Shown: one piece after another, positions 26,753 through 39,602 of the stretch | Position numbering within the stretch: the stretch's first letter is position 1 | Layout: each line of letters opens with the position of its first letter | NCBI GenBank assembly: GCA_048772705.1 | Contig: JBLWGC010000185.1 | Span: forward strand, 1-64,000 | Length of the DNA stretch: 64,000 nt | Source: Leidyana gryllorum EB-2025a | Taxonomy: Eukaryota; Protista; Apicomplexa | Direction: 5' to 3' | Notes under the pieces: generated by a model | Seen by the model: only the letters and a program-made list of their open reading frames with translations | Databases searched by the model: none | What the model was told of the DNA's origin: nothing | Made by a program: the position numbers and the translations under genes

Positions 26753-26778
26753 TGAAGATGGGTTTTTGACTTTTTTTG
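26753..26778. promoter_or_regulatory. 26-bp spacer between divergent start codons (Rpp20 and ADSL); putative bidirectional, T-rich initiation region
   Basis: The two ATGs are at 26752 (-) and 26779 (+); the spacer contains T5 and T7 runs. Confidence 0.4.
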
Positions 26779-28569
<1,791 letters not shown>

Positions 28570-28669
28570 GTAGTGTTAGCGTGAGCGCGATAGGTAGAGA
28601 GGAGGCGAAATTCAGTGTGATATCATAAAAAGGCACGGGATTCTATCAATTCACACAGTGTAACGACCA

Positions 28670-31600
28670 ATGGCCTATTCGGCCAATGAGTTACTCTATC
28701 CTGACGCGGCTGCGCAGGTGCGGAGGTCCTTAGTGACCCCGTACGCTTTGGATGAGGCGGACCCGGCTGCGGAAGCGGCTCTGAGAGCGCGCGGAATCAA
28801 CCCCGATCCAGACTCTATTCTCGAGTCGCGTTCCACGACTACTGACATAAATGGCGTTGAGACAGAGTAAGGCGGTGAAGAGAGGTGACAAAGGGAATTA
28901 CGGCTTCGCAGAGTGTCACACGTAGAGGGTCAGCGTCAATTTCGTACCCGGCTGAACAAGTCGAAGAGGAATCGGATCAAACATGGGGCGAGTTTCACAA
29001 TGAGATACTCTTTGGAGAATGTGGAGGTTGCGATCACCATGTGGGATATCCGTCGCACGTTGGCTCAACGGGCGTGTATCAAATCAATCAGTCGGCGTGG
29101 AGGAACTCAGAGTAAAGACGAGGTGGAGGTGGAACTGTTCTCTGAGAGCTGTATGAAACTGTTTGAGAGCGGTGACCGTTTGCCCATGAAGCATTTGGAG
29201 AACGACGCCACATTGGTCATTGCCCATATCTACGAACAAACATACGGCGTTTCTTCTTCAATCTGTGTGTTTGGCCAACGGTTCATGTGGGGAGACTTGG
29301 TGAGGCCCATTAATCGTTCTGAGTCTGTTGAATTGACTATGCGCGCAGCTGACTTCGTTCAAACACTTGGTGATGGGTCCACAGATCGATGCCAATTGTC
29401 GGGAAGTCCCGATGGTGGCGAAGATTGAGACAGAGGAGGATCTCAACGACGCTTTAATGCCAATCGACTGGTTTGGTCCCCTCGGACACAGAGGGAAAGC
29501 TCGCGACAAAGTGATTGTCATCTTTGACTTGGTGGGTGCGGTCCTTCGATTTTGATATTCACTTCTCCATACCGCGGCGCAGAACTATCATCGGATTGAA
29601 GTCCTTCTGAACATTATGCACGAAAGGCTCGAGGACCCGGGACCAGCGAAGCCCCGTCAGTGGGACACCCAGTGAGTGTTTCGCGCCCTCTCTCCCCCCC
29701 ACTGTGTCTGTCTGTCTGTCTCTTCAGGCCCGTACGTTTGACATTGCGAGCCCATCAGACGTGGGGTAACCGAATTCACCTGGTGAAGCGAGTGGATGCG
29801 AATCTGAACGCTGTTCATGACAGTCTGTATTTGTGGATAGATTATAAATATCCGCCAGCGGTCTGGAGAGCCCCATATCGTGATGAACAGCCCCTGGAAT
29901 ACAACTTGAAAGATTACGAGTGGTTGGAGACGAGTGTTCATCACGATTTTGAGGAGGGATTCAACCGGGAGGGTGAGATCACTCGCCGACCCGAGCGTCT
30001 CGCAGAGTGGAGTCTTGAGGCCAAGATGAAAGGGGTGACAGAGTATTGGGGAATGCTCATCCACACCACCACCGTGATGGCTCGCGACTCGGGCGGGAGG
30101 AAACAGGATATGAGTTTGGAACTCAGGCGAAGTTTGGGAAACGGCGGGTACACTGCACGGGACTCCCGCGTTCGCGGAGGCGATAACTTTAAGTACTTTC
30201 TGGAAGTCAAAGGACACTCATATCAAGTTCGACAACAGGGAATCGAAGATTACTTCAAACGGGTTCAGGCCAAGCGACATTATTTGGTATGGGGTCTGAT
30301 GGCAATGGCGGTGCAGAATGGGTACATTCCCAAGCGATGGATATCACAGTATCTCCAAAACTATCACAGCGACAAGAAGAGCGCTGCGAAGGAGAAGCGC
30401 GAGTACTTACTATACGTCGTTTCAGAGTCGGCTGAAACTACACTCGTCGGAGACGGGCTTTGCTATACGGCTTTGAATGCAATGCTTCGCAAGTGTAATA
30501 AGGACGGATCAAAGAAACGCTCTCTCTTCGTTTTCAATGACTGTTTGAAGCAAAATCGGGGAACCAATCCCACTCTGCCAATGGCGATGGACTTTCAATG
30601 TAATTTGTTCCACGCGTACATTACTCCGACCAAAATCCTTCTCGAGGGACCTTTCAATGAAATCAGCAATCGAGTCCTCCGGAAACACGCCAAACACGTG
30701 ACCCAATTCATGCGAGGCACCTTCTGCAGTAAGTTGTCGATCGTTCACCAAACATTGTACACTGTCAATCTTCAATCTCAGCGTCTGATCGTCAAGTCAT
30801 CTTTTTCAATGAGCCCACTGACGAGCTGAAAGCTGAGAAGATCAAACTTACATTCGCTTCGGGTTTCTATATCGCCAACAAGAAGTTTGACTTTCTGTGC
30901 TACGGCAATTCTCAGTTGAGATCCAAGTCTTTCTGGCTGTTCCACGTCTCAAAAGACTTCCCAGACCTCAATCCACGCACCATTATGGGTGACCTCGGCG
31001 ACTTCCAGAGCCTCCCCCAACCCGGCAAACGGGCTGCCAGAATGGGACAATGTTTCTCCTCCACTCGCCCAGCCATCACATTGGAAGCGGATGAGAAAAT
31101 GGTTCACAATGATATCACTGACCCCATGGGAGCCCCGGCTGAATACAGTGAGAAAATGGACGCTGGTAAGCAATAAAACAGAATCGATCAAATGCTAACG
31201 ACTCTTTCCTCTCCTCAGACTTTGAGTTCACCGATGGCGTTGGTGTCTGTTCACTGGCATTGATGAAAAGTGTCGCTGCAAGTCTCCGTCTAGACTTTAT
31301 CCCCTCTGCTGTACAGGTAGGTTCCATCTAACACACACGCGCGCACACACAGAGACACGCCATGTTGACACAGATCCGTTTCCAAGGGTGTAAGGGGATG
31401 CTGGCGATTGATTTGGAGAAGTTTGGACCAAAGTCGCGGCTGCAGGTGATCTTCAGGAAATCTCAACAGAAGTTCAGATCTAATGAGTCGACTTTGGAGA
31501 TTCTCAAATACTGCAAGTTCACTCCTCTTTGTTTGAATCATCAGATTTTGACCATGCTGGACACCTTGGGATGTCCTGAGGACCCCTTTATGACTTTGGT

Positions 31601-34600
31601 ACAACAAGAGTTGGCCAACTTGGGACGTCTTTTTGATAGTCGAGTCGCCGCCCTGAGGTTCCTGGAGTACTGTGGGACACTGAGCTCTACACTGGGCCTG
31701 GTCATACAACTCCTCCGATTCGGATTTCTACCCCGCCGAGACAATTTTCTGAGGAATACACTGGAACACCTTCGGACGTGGTACTGCCGAAACCGAATGC
31801 TCTCATTCCACATCCCCGTTCCCGAGGGAGCCATATTGTTTGGAGTGTTCGACGAGACGCAGACTCTGTACTACGATGACGGAGACGGGATACCAGAAGT
31901 TTACATAAAGATCAATGGGTCCAGCCGTCACCTTATCCGTCAGAAACAACATGGGCCCCGCAGACGCCACGACGCGTCCCTGTTGTCGTTTCAGAATGCC
32001 TTCATGTTGATAGACGACGACGCCGCGTTCATCAACGAGGGGCCGGGACCGACCCATCGATTCGGATCTGATCCGACAAAGTCGGCAGCCATCCGGGAAG
32101 ATGAGTTGGAGGACGCCAACATTGCCAACAGAGAAGATTTGACTGAATCCACTGACCATTTGGTCTTGGAAGGAGAGGTCATTAAGGGTTATGTATTGCT
32201 GACAAAGTGTCCGGTCACACATCCTGGAGACATTCTCGTGGCCAAAGCAGTCGACAATCCTCACTTGGGACATATGGTCAATGTTCTCGTGTTTCCCGGT
32301 CCCCGGCCAAAGATGGAAGCTCGTCGACCAGATTACGTTGATGAATTGAATCCGCGTCATCCGGGGCATAGTGTGGATGGGTTCTGGACTGGCCGGCGTC
32401 CGATCCCCAATATGATGTCTGGCAGTGACTTGGACGGCGATGAGTACCATATTATCTGGCAGAAAGACATCGTTGAGCCTATCCTCAAAGCGCATCTGGC
32501 CACTCAGTATTGTCGCAATCCCCCAGCGCGTTTCTTCCTCCCACATTACAAGAATCCTCTCGACACCAGCGAAGGACTCAACACCAAAACCACCAAGGAT
32601 TTCTACCATGCGTACCAACGAAACGCAAATCTCGGCCTCATAGCCAACGCACAACTCTCTCAAGCCCACCAAAAGGACAATTATATCACCTTAGAGTGGA
32701 GCAAAGACAATCCGCCCCACCCGCCACCGGTGGCTCATAAAGGGGCCTCGCAAGAATGTCTCGAACTCTCCGAACTGCACTCGGCCGCGGTCGATTTCGG
32801 GAAGACGCAGAAACCAGCCCTCTTGGATCCGAGGCTACGGCCTTCCCGCAACCCCCACTTTATGGATCCCCTCAGACTCGTGAGTCGCGTTTCGATCAAC
32901 GCACTTCACATCCGTCCTGCAGAAAAGTATGCGAACGTTCGAATCCGACTCAATGTTGGGACGGCTGTTCAATACAATTGAGGGCAAACTGGACGACTTT
33001 GTCGGTGGTTACGACTCGCCAGGTGAGAGAGACAGAAAGGTGTGGCCCCAGAATTTCAATCAATAACGACGTCGTCGCTGCTGCAGATGGGATGGCCTCG
33101 CAATTCGGAAACAAAGAGGTGTTGGTCAATTTCATCGGCTATTATCAGCGCCATAGAGGCGAGTCTCCGGGTATTTTCGATCCCGTCAACAGTCCGTCCG
33201 CTCGATTCGAGGCGTGTGAGGCCTTGAGCGAGCCCCTCTTCATGTACGACGGCGAAACTCTGTACCATTTCCCTTTGTCTCGCGAGCCAGAAGCCCAGCT
33301 CAAGTCCGGAATGACCAGCGCTGTCGACAATTGGCAGCCAATGGCGAAACAGAGGCCCAAGGAACTCGCTTTCCGCCAACTGCGTTTGGTCTACCGTCTC
33401 GAATTCGTTGAGCACAGCGATCCGGCTCTCACAGCCCAAGACATCGCTGTCTTCTGGGAGAGTCTATTTTGCTATGGACAGAGTCAAGCCGACGAACAGG
33501 GCAGATACAGCGAAGTCAGATCTTCTCAGCCGTGTAAATTCAGAAAGATGGCCGCGGTACACACCGAGAGCCGATCAAATCTGGTAGAGGTGAGTGAGAC
33601 GAATGAATATCTCTCCCAGCACATCGCAATCAGAGCGGCTCACGGTGGTTCAAACCTCGGGAGGACTCCAGTGGTCGACGAAGGACAGTGTTGTTCCTCG
33701 CCATTTGTCCAATAGTCGGCATGGGCCGCAATGGCAGAATTGCCGCCACCCTCCGATTCCGTCTTGTAGGAACAGCAGAAGACTCCACCACAATACAGTT
33801 GGGACACTCCAAGTATATTGACGTCAACGATGAGTTGGAACGCACAGCGGTGTGGACACCGACTGAAACTGGTGGCGCACCGCTCTCTAAAGATTGGATT
33901 GTGAATACCGACAGGGGAGATAAAGCGGCAGACAAAGATGACGCACCCAGCCCCATACAGAGAACCGAGGAGGCCAGTTTGTTCACTCTGATGCATGACA
34001 TCGCCTGGAATCTGCATAAAGCCGGTGTCGACAAGTACCGAAAGAATGAGAAGCGATATCAGAGTCTCATGGATGAAACCAGAAGATTACCAACTTGGTT
34101 CTCGGAGCGGGTAGTTGGTGCAATGTTGCTGCGCCCGTTCTTGAAATATGTGGTCACTCAGATCCAAGACCGACTGATTGCCAAAATGCCAGAACAGGAA
34201 CAACTCCTAAGAGAGCTGTTCGCCTACGATCCAACCGACGGAGTGCCCAAAGACAACCCCAACCACGGCATTCCCGAGGAGGAATTGGCACTGCGTCAAC
34301 ATCGGCGATTGCTTTTCGAACGAGACATCCTGAAACTGCTTGTGAAGCACGGAGGCTTCTTGGAATACTTTGCGGTAAGATTTCCGGCCGTGTCTCTCTG
34401 CGTGTGTGTGTGTGTGTGTGTGTGTGCGGTGGAGTTGAGCTGTGTGTGTGCGATGGAGTAGAGCTGTGTCTGTCGATGTGGCTCTGGCTCTGCCTGTGCC
34501 AGTGCCAGTGCGTGTGCTCCCCGACCCACTGTTCTTTACTTCTAACTTTATTACGATAGTTCTTGGCGCCTGCGCCACTCAATCAACCCGACAAGAAGCG

Positions 34601-36479
34601 TTTCTTCTTGTATGCGGGGACTCCACCTACTTTCACGGAGTTTGACAACAGTGACATGATGGGGTTTCTGCGAGGGCGACGATTTATCGCGTGCGCCTTG
34701 ACAGGAACTTGGCGCACGTTGTCGGATTTGTTTCTGCCGGTGCCCCGGTGCAGGTTGTTTCCTAAAGCAATTTACACAGCACTGAAGGCGGCTGCAGCTA
34801 CAGATCGAGACCCGATGGACGTCTTTGAGGCGTTGTACAATGTACCGGAGCACCCCCCTTGGTGTCTGCCGTATGATCAAGAGTGGCTTGAATTGCCTGA
34901 CGACTTTTCTTTCCAAACGAAACTCCGGCTGCATCCCGAGCTGGCCAAAAGGGCGGATCTGAAATGGTATCTGTGGCTGCCCACCAATATGGCATTCCAG
35001 ATGTGCGACGAGAAGCGGTATACGAGTGAGACTCACCGAAAATTGGAAGGCTTTGACTCCAAGCTGCCGGAGCTTCCAGTGGAACAATTCCACTACGCGC
35101 TTCGGCACCAGGAGTTTGCTGTGGTGAGTTTTAAAGCGGGGTGGCGGCTTTTAGGCTCAATGTTTTGCAGTTCAACCCGAATAAAGTGCACCAATTGGGT
35201 CAATACATGTGGAAGACTCGGGGTCACTTCTTGCCGGATCCCGATATGCACGATTACAATCAGCAATTCGGGGGTTACGACGCAAAGCGATGTGAGAAGG
35301 CTCTCAGGATCCGGACAGGGACTGGGTTCCAACGAGATCTACTTCACAAAGATTTGGGTAAATACCTCGCATCTGCCATCAAGTTGGGCCGGGAGTTTGT
35401 GGACGAAGCCCGCAATCTCCTGAATGCGTTGGGGATGGACGTCAATCACGACGAGGCTGTTCTGGTGACTGCTTGTATCATCAAAACGGCTGACACGAAG
35501 AGGGACGAGAGAGAAGAGCGAGTTCAGTATGGAGTGGAGAAGTTACAGGCACACATGCGCGCCAGGGCTTTTCGATCCGGGAGGGACGATGAGGAGAATC
35601 AGATGGATCGGCAAGAAGCATTGGCCCGGGCGTCGGCGGCGTATGTTGTAGCGACTCTCCATCTCTTCGACTGCAGCCGGACGCCCTTCTTGGCGTACCG
35701 GATTGTTCCAAAGCGGCAGGAGAGCAAAGAGTGGATTCAGTCCCAAGGGAAGCAATTGCAAGCAGCCCGGGCACGATGGTTCCAAAAGAGGTCAAACACT
35801 CCCAGCTGCTTCACCTTCCCGTACTTTGTGTATCACGCACAATTGAGCGAGCTGAAAGCAATGTGAGTTTAATGGCTGTTGAGTGACTTTCATTTTCTCT
35901 TTACGTTCGCGCAGGAGCTTACGGTGGCAAGCGACTGCATCGGAGGAATGCTTGATCAAGTCTGCTCTGTATCAGCGGATTGATCGCGCTTCGTTTGCCG
36001 AGTTGAGAGAGTTGGCTATGAAAGATTCGACTCCGGTCAGCGGGCCGGGAATGGACGATGTGCCGGGGAAACCCCTGAAAGAGAATAGGGTGGACGATAT
36101 CGATCCGGTGGCTAGTCTGTTCAAAGTCACTGAACGCAACGCTGCTTCGTGGCGTTTGAGTCTGCAGGCGGAGATCGACGAAATTGATCGCAAATCGCGT
36201 GTGGCGGCCCGCCACGGACTGGACGATGAGGAGGAGGAAGACCAAGATACATTACGGCACATAGCCGCGGTCAGCGGGAGCACGCACGGACGGCCACTCG
36301 ATTCGTTTATGTTTGGTGGAGGTGGAGGGGGTGACAAGCTTTGGGACACGGAGAAGAAGGTTGCGATGATACAACAGAGGATCACTGTGAGCACCGAGGA
36401 GACACTGAGTTACTATCCGACGGACTTTGACGAGTTGGAGTTGGAGGTGTTGGGAGATGCGGAGCCTTTGAACGTCTAA
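28670..36479 (+). CDS. Cellular (RNAi-type) RNA-dependent RNA polymerase, RDR-alpha-like, ~2,300 aa, at least 12 introns
   Basis: Motifs appear in canonical order: ISNRVLR, FDFLCYGNSQLRSKSFW, AARMGQCFSST, FTDGVG, PSAVQIRFQGCKG, KCPVTHPGDI, catalytic MSGSDLDGDEY (32427-32441), NLGLIAN, LHSAAVDFGK, then the head domain ARASAAY...FTFPYFVY. The intron at 35863-35914 joins the 35883-36479 ORF as the last exon. Confidence 0.92.
34402..34516. repeat. (GT)n-rich microsatellite in an expanded RdRP intron (34375-34560)
   Basis: gtgtgtgtgtgtgtgtgtgtgtgtg... plus gccagt repeats. Confidence 0.9.
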
Positions 36480-36494
36480 TTTTTTTCGGAGGCA

Positions 36495-39439
36495 ATGGGG
36501 AAGAAGGGCAAGACCGGAAAGGCCCGTAAGGACCATTTCTACACGCTTGCGAAGCAGCAGGGGTTTCGTGCCCGTTCTGCATTCAAATTGACACAATTGG
36601 CTTCCAAGTTCAATCTCTTTGATGGAGTTTCTGGTGTTATCGACTTATGTGCGGCTCCAGGTGGCTGGATGCAGGTGGCCCGCAAGGCGCTGCCGATGCA
36701 GGGACATGTCTTTGGTGTCGATTTGGTGCCCATTGCGCCTCTGAGAGGGTGCACGAGTATCGTGGCGGATATAACTACCCAGCGTTGCGAGAAGCTTCTC
36801 GATACCGAAATCAAAAAGCATTGCGAAGGCGGAAAAGTGGAACTCGTTCTTCACGATGGTGCCCCGAATGTTGGTGCCTCTTGGGACAAAGATGCTTACG
36901 TTCAGAACGAGTTGGTGCTCAAGTCGCTACAACTGGCTGTCAAATATCTCACTCAAGGAGGAAAGTTTGTCACAAAGGTCTTCCGTTCAGCTGACTATAC
37001 CAAACTTCTTTATGTCTTCAATCAGCTGTTCAAAAAGGTCCAAGCCACCAAACCCCAGTCCTCACGTAACGTCTCGGCCGAAATCTTCGTTGTTTGTGAA
37101 GGATACAAGTCTCCCGATAAAATCGATAAGGCCCTCTTTGACTTGGACAAAGTCTTCGAGGCCGTCGAGGAAGAGGATGTGCGCAGCAAAGGTGTCATCG
37201 CTGCCGAAGCTGTCATTCCCGTCCCGGAAAAGGCTCAGCTCAAAGCCGAAGGCGGTCTGAAGGCGGCAATGAAACTCAACAAGAAGAAAAGCCGTGGAGG
37301 TTACGATATTGGAGACGATTTCCGTAAATGTTCTGCCAAACAATTCTTCGAGTCCGGATCTCCGGCTGAAATTCTCGTCGTCTATCACAAAATCACTTTC
37401 GACGACGACTGTGACTACTGTCAGTTCGTCAAATCCCACCCCTCGACCACCGAAGAGATCGTTGAGGCCTGTGATGACCTCAAACTCGTTGGCAAACCCA
37501 CTTATCAAAAGCTTCTGAAATGGCGTAGGAGAATTCTGGAGGAACGCCTCAAAGCCAAAGAGGCCGAAGCCAAACAATCGGCCGCTGCCGTGGACGTTGT
37601 CGCGGTTGAGAAGTCTCAGGAAGAGTTGGAAGCCGAGGCAGACGAGGAACTCGAGCGCTTATTACAGAGTGATGCAAAGATGAAACTCAAAGCCCTCCGC
37701 AAAATGAGAGCCAAACAACGCAAGTTGGAACTCAAAGCAAAGATCGCTTCCGCTGTCTTTGTTCCCGAAAGCACTGAACCGGATCTCTTCAGCGATCCGG
37801 TCAAGTCTGCGGCCATTCTGGAAAACGAGAATCGCACTGTCGATATCTCGGAAGGCTGGGAAGACGACGCCGTCTTCGATGACGTCGGCGGGGCCGGAGC
37901 TATCAGTTACGGCAACGAGTCGTCAGATGAGTCAGAGGACGAAGACGCCGATGAGGACATTGATTATGTGAAGAAGCTCGAGAAGGAAATGGAGGAGTAC
38001 CACGCCGCTCTCAAACGACAATCCATTCTCAAAGGCCTCAAGGGAGCCAAAGAGAAGAAGCTGAAAGAGACTCGCAGACAGCAGAAACTCAAAGAATGGG
38101 CTGCCGAGATGACGGAAACTGTCGATGACATTGAAGCTCGCAACTACGAACGTCTCGCACAACAACAGCGAGCCGAAGAAGAAGAAGAGGAGTCTGATGA
38201 TGACGACATTGATGAGGTCGAAATCAATCACGAGATGGGTGAACTGAACGCCGACTCTGAAGCTGAAACTGAGGCAGAGGCGGAGAGCGAAGCAGAGGCA
38301 GAGGAAGAGGAGAGAGCGGCTGAGAGCGATGCTGCCGCACCGGTTGACAAAGAAGAGGATCTTCGCAAGAAGATGGCCAAAAAAGTCTTCTTCAGTGATC
38401 AGGTTTTCGCTGGATTGACCGATGACTTGCCTTCCGGAGCTGTTCTTTCGGGGACAGCGAAGAACCGCAAACGCAAAGCTCCCACCGGCGAGCGATCAAC
38501 GGCCTCTTCGGACGACAGTGACAACTCTGATGACGACGAGGACAGCATCAAAGAAATGTCCGATTCAGAATTGCCCAAAATCCCTCTCTGTGACTCCAAA
38601 CGCCGGAAGCTCAGACGTAAACAAGAGAACGAGAGAAAAGCCAAAAAGGAGGAACGCGAGGCACAGAAGGAGAAGAAACTCCTCAGTACCCTCGGTGGCA
38701 CCGTCGATGACGAGCTTGCGGCCAAAGCCAGTGGGATGAAGTCCAGTACACCCATTGTCGAAGTCCCCATTGAGAAACCAGAGCACAAAGAGGACATTGT
38801 AGAAGTTCAGGCCATCGGTACTCTATTGACCAAACGAAAGTCTCGAATGGACCTGATGGATGGGTTATATAACCGATGGGCCTTCGAAGATGACAACAAC
38901 CTCCCGGAGTGGTTCACTGAAGACGACAGCCGAGCCCGCATTCCCGACTTACCAGTCACCAAGGAGTTCATGGATGAGTACAGACGCAAACTCAGAGAGA
39001 TCGCCGAGAGGCCCATCAGAAAGGTAAACTATCCCATACTCTTCAATCACTCATTTCACTCCCAATACAGGTCGCCGAGGCCAAAGCTCGCAAGAAAGTC
39101 CGCATGGAACGCAGAATGGAAGCAATGAAGGCCCAGGCGATGCAAATCGCTGACTCCACAGAACTTGGAGAGAAGAGCAAAGCACAGGCGCTCGAGAAAC
39201 TCATGCGCAAAACGCGGAGAGGTAAGGGCAGCGCTACAACAACCCTCTCTCCATCACTCACTTCTGCAGGCGACAAGCGCAAAGACAAAACCTACACAGT
39301 CTCGAAAGCGAGTGGTGGTACCACCAACTTTGGCCCGCGTAGCAAGAAGGCTGGCGGCAATGCTAAAATGGTTGACAAACGTCTCAAGAAGGACAAGAGA
39401 GCCATGAAAGCTGTTCGCAAGCGCAACAAAAAACGCTGA
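36495..39439 (+). CDS. SPB1: 25S/28S rRNA 2'-O-methyltransferase Spb1/FTSJ3; 3 exons
   Basis: GFRARSAFKL, DLCAAPGGW, VLHDGAPNVG, FVTKVFRS, SRNVSAEIF, C-terminal RPIRK|VAEAKARK and VDKRLKKDKR; introns at 39024-39070 and 39222-39269. Confidence 0.95.
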
Positions 39440-39602
39440 AATCTCTCGCAGGAGGAGGCCACACAAAGAAAAAAAGATCCGCAGCCATTGTGTTCAATAT
39501 ACTCTATGCCCTCTACCAAAGACAATTATTGTCGATAACTAATCATTAATTGATCTGTTCCTAAAGCAACGAAGATGTCAAAGGAACCACAAAAAATTCC
39601 AT

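Noticed and set aside
34095-34645. ORFs with CVCVCV / THTHTH runs (also at 49501-49803)
   Set aside because: Translations of intronic microsatellites.
35883-36479. Separate 198-aa gene
   Set aside because: It splices in frame to the RdRP through the GTGAGT...GCAG intron at 35863-35914, so it is treated as the last RdRP exon.
28670-36479. Endogenous viral RdRP, or an intein as the RdRP insertion
   Set aside because: It is a DxDGD double-psi-barrel cellular enzyme with spliceosomal introns, not a viral GDD palm polymerase; no intein splice or homing endonuclease motifs were seen.
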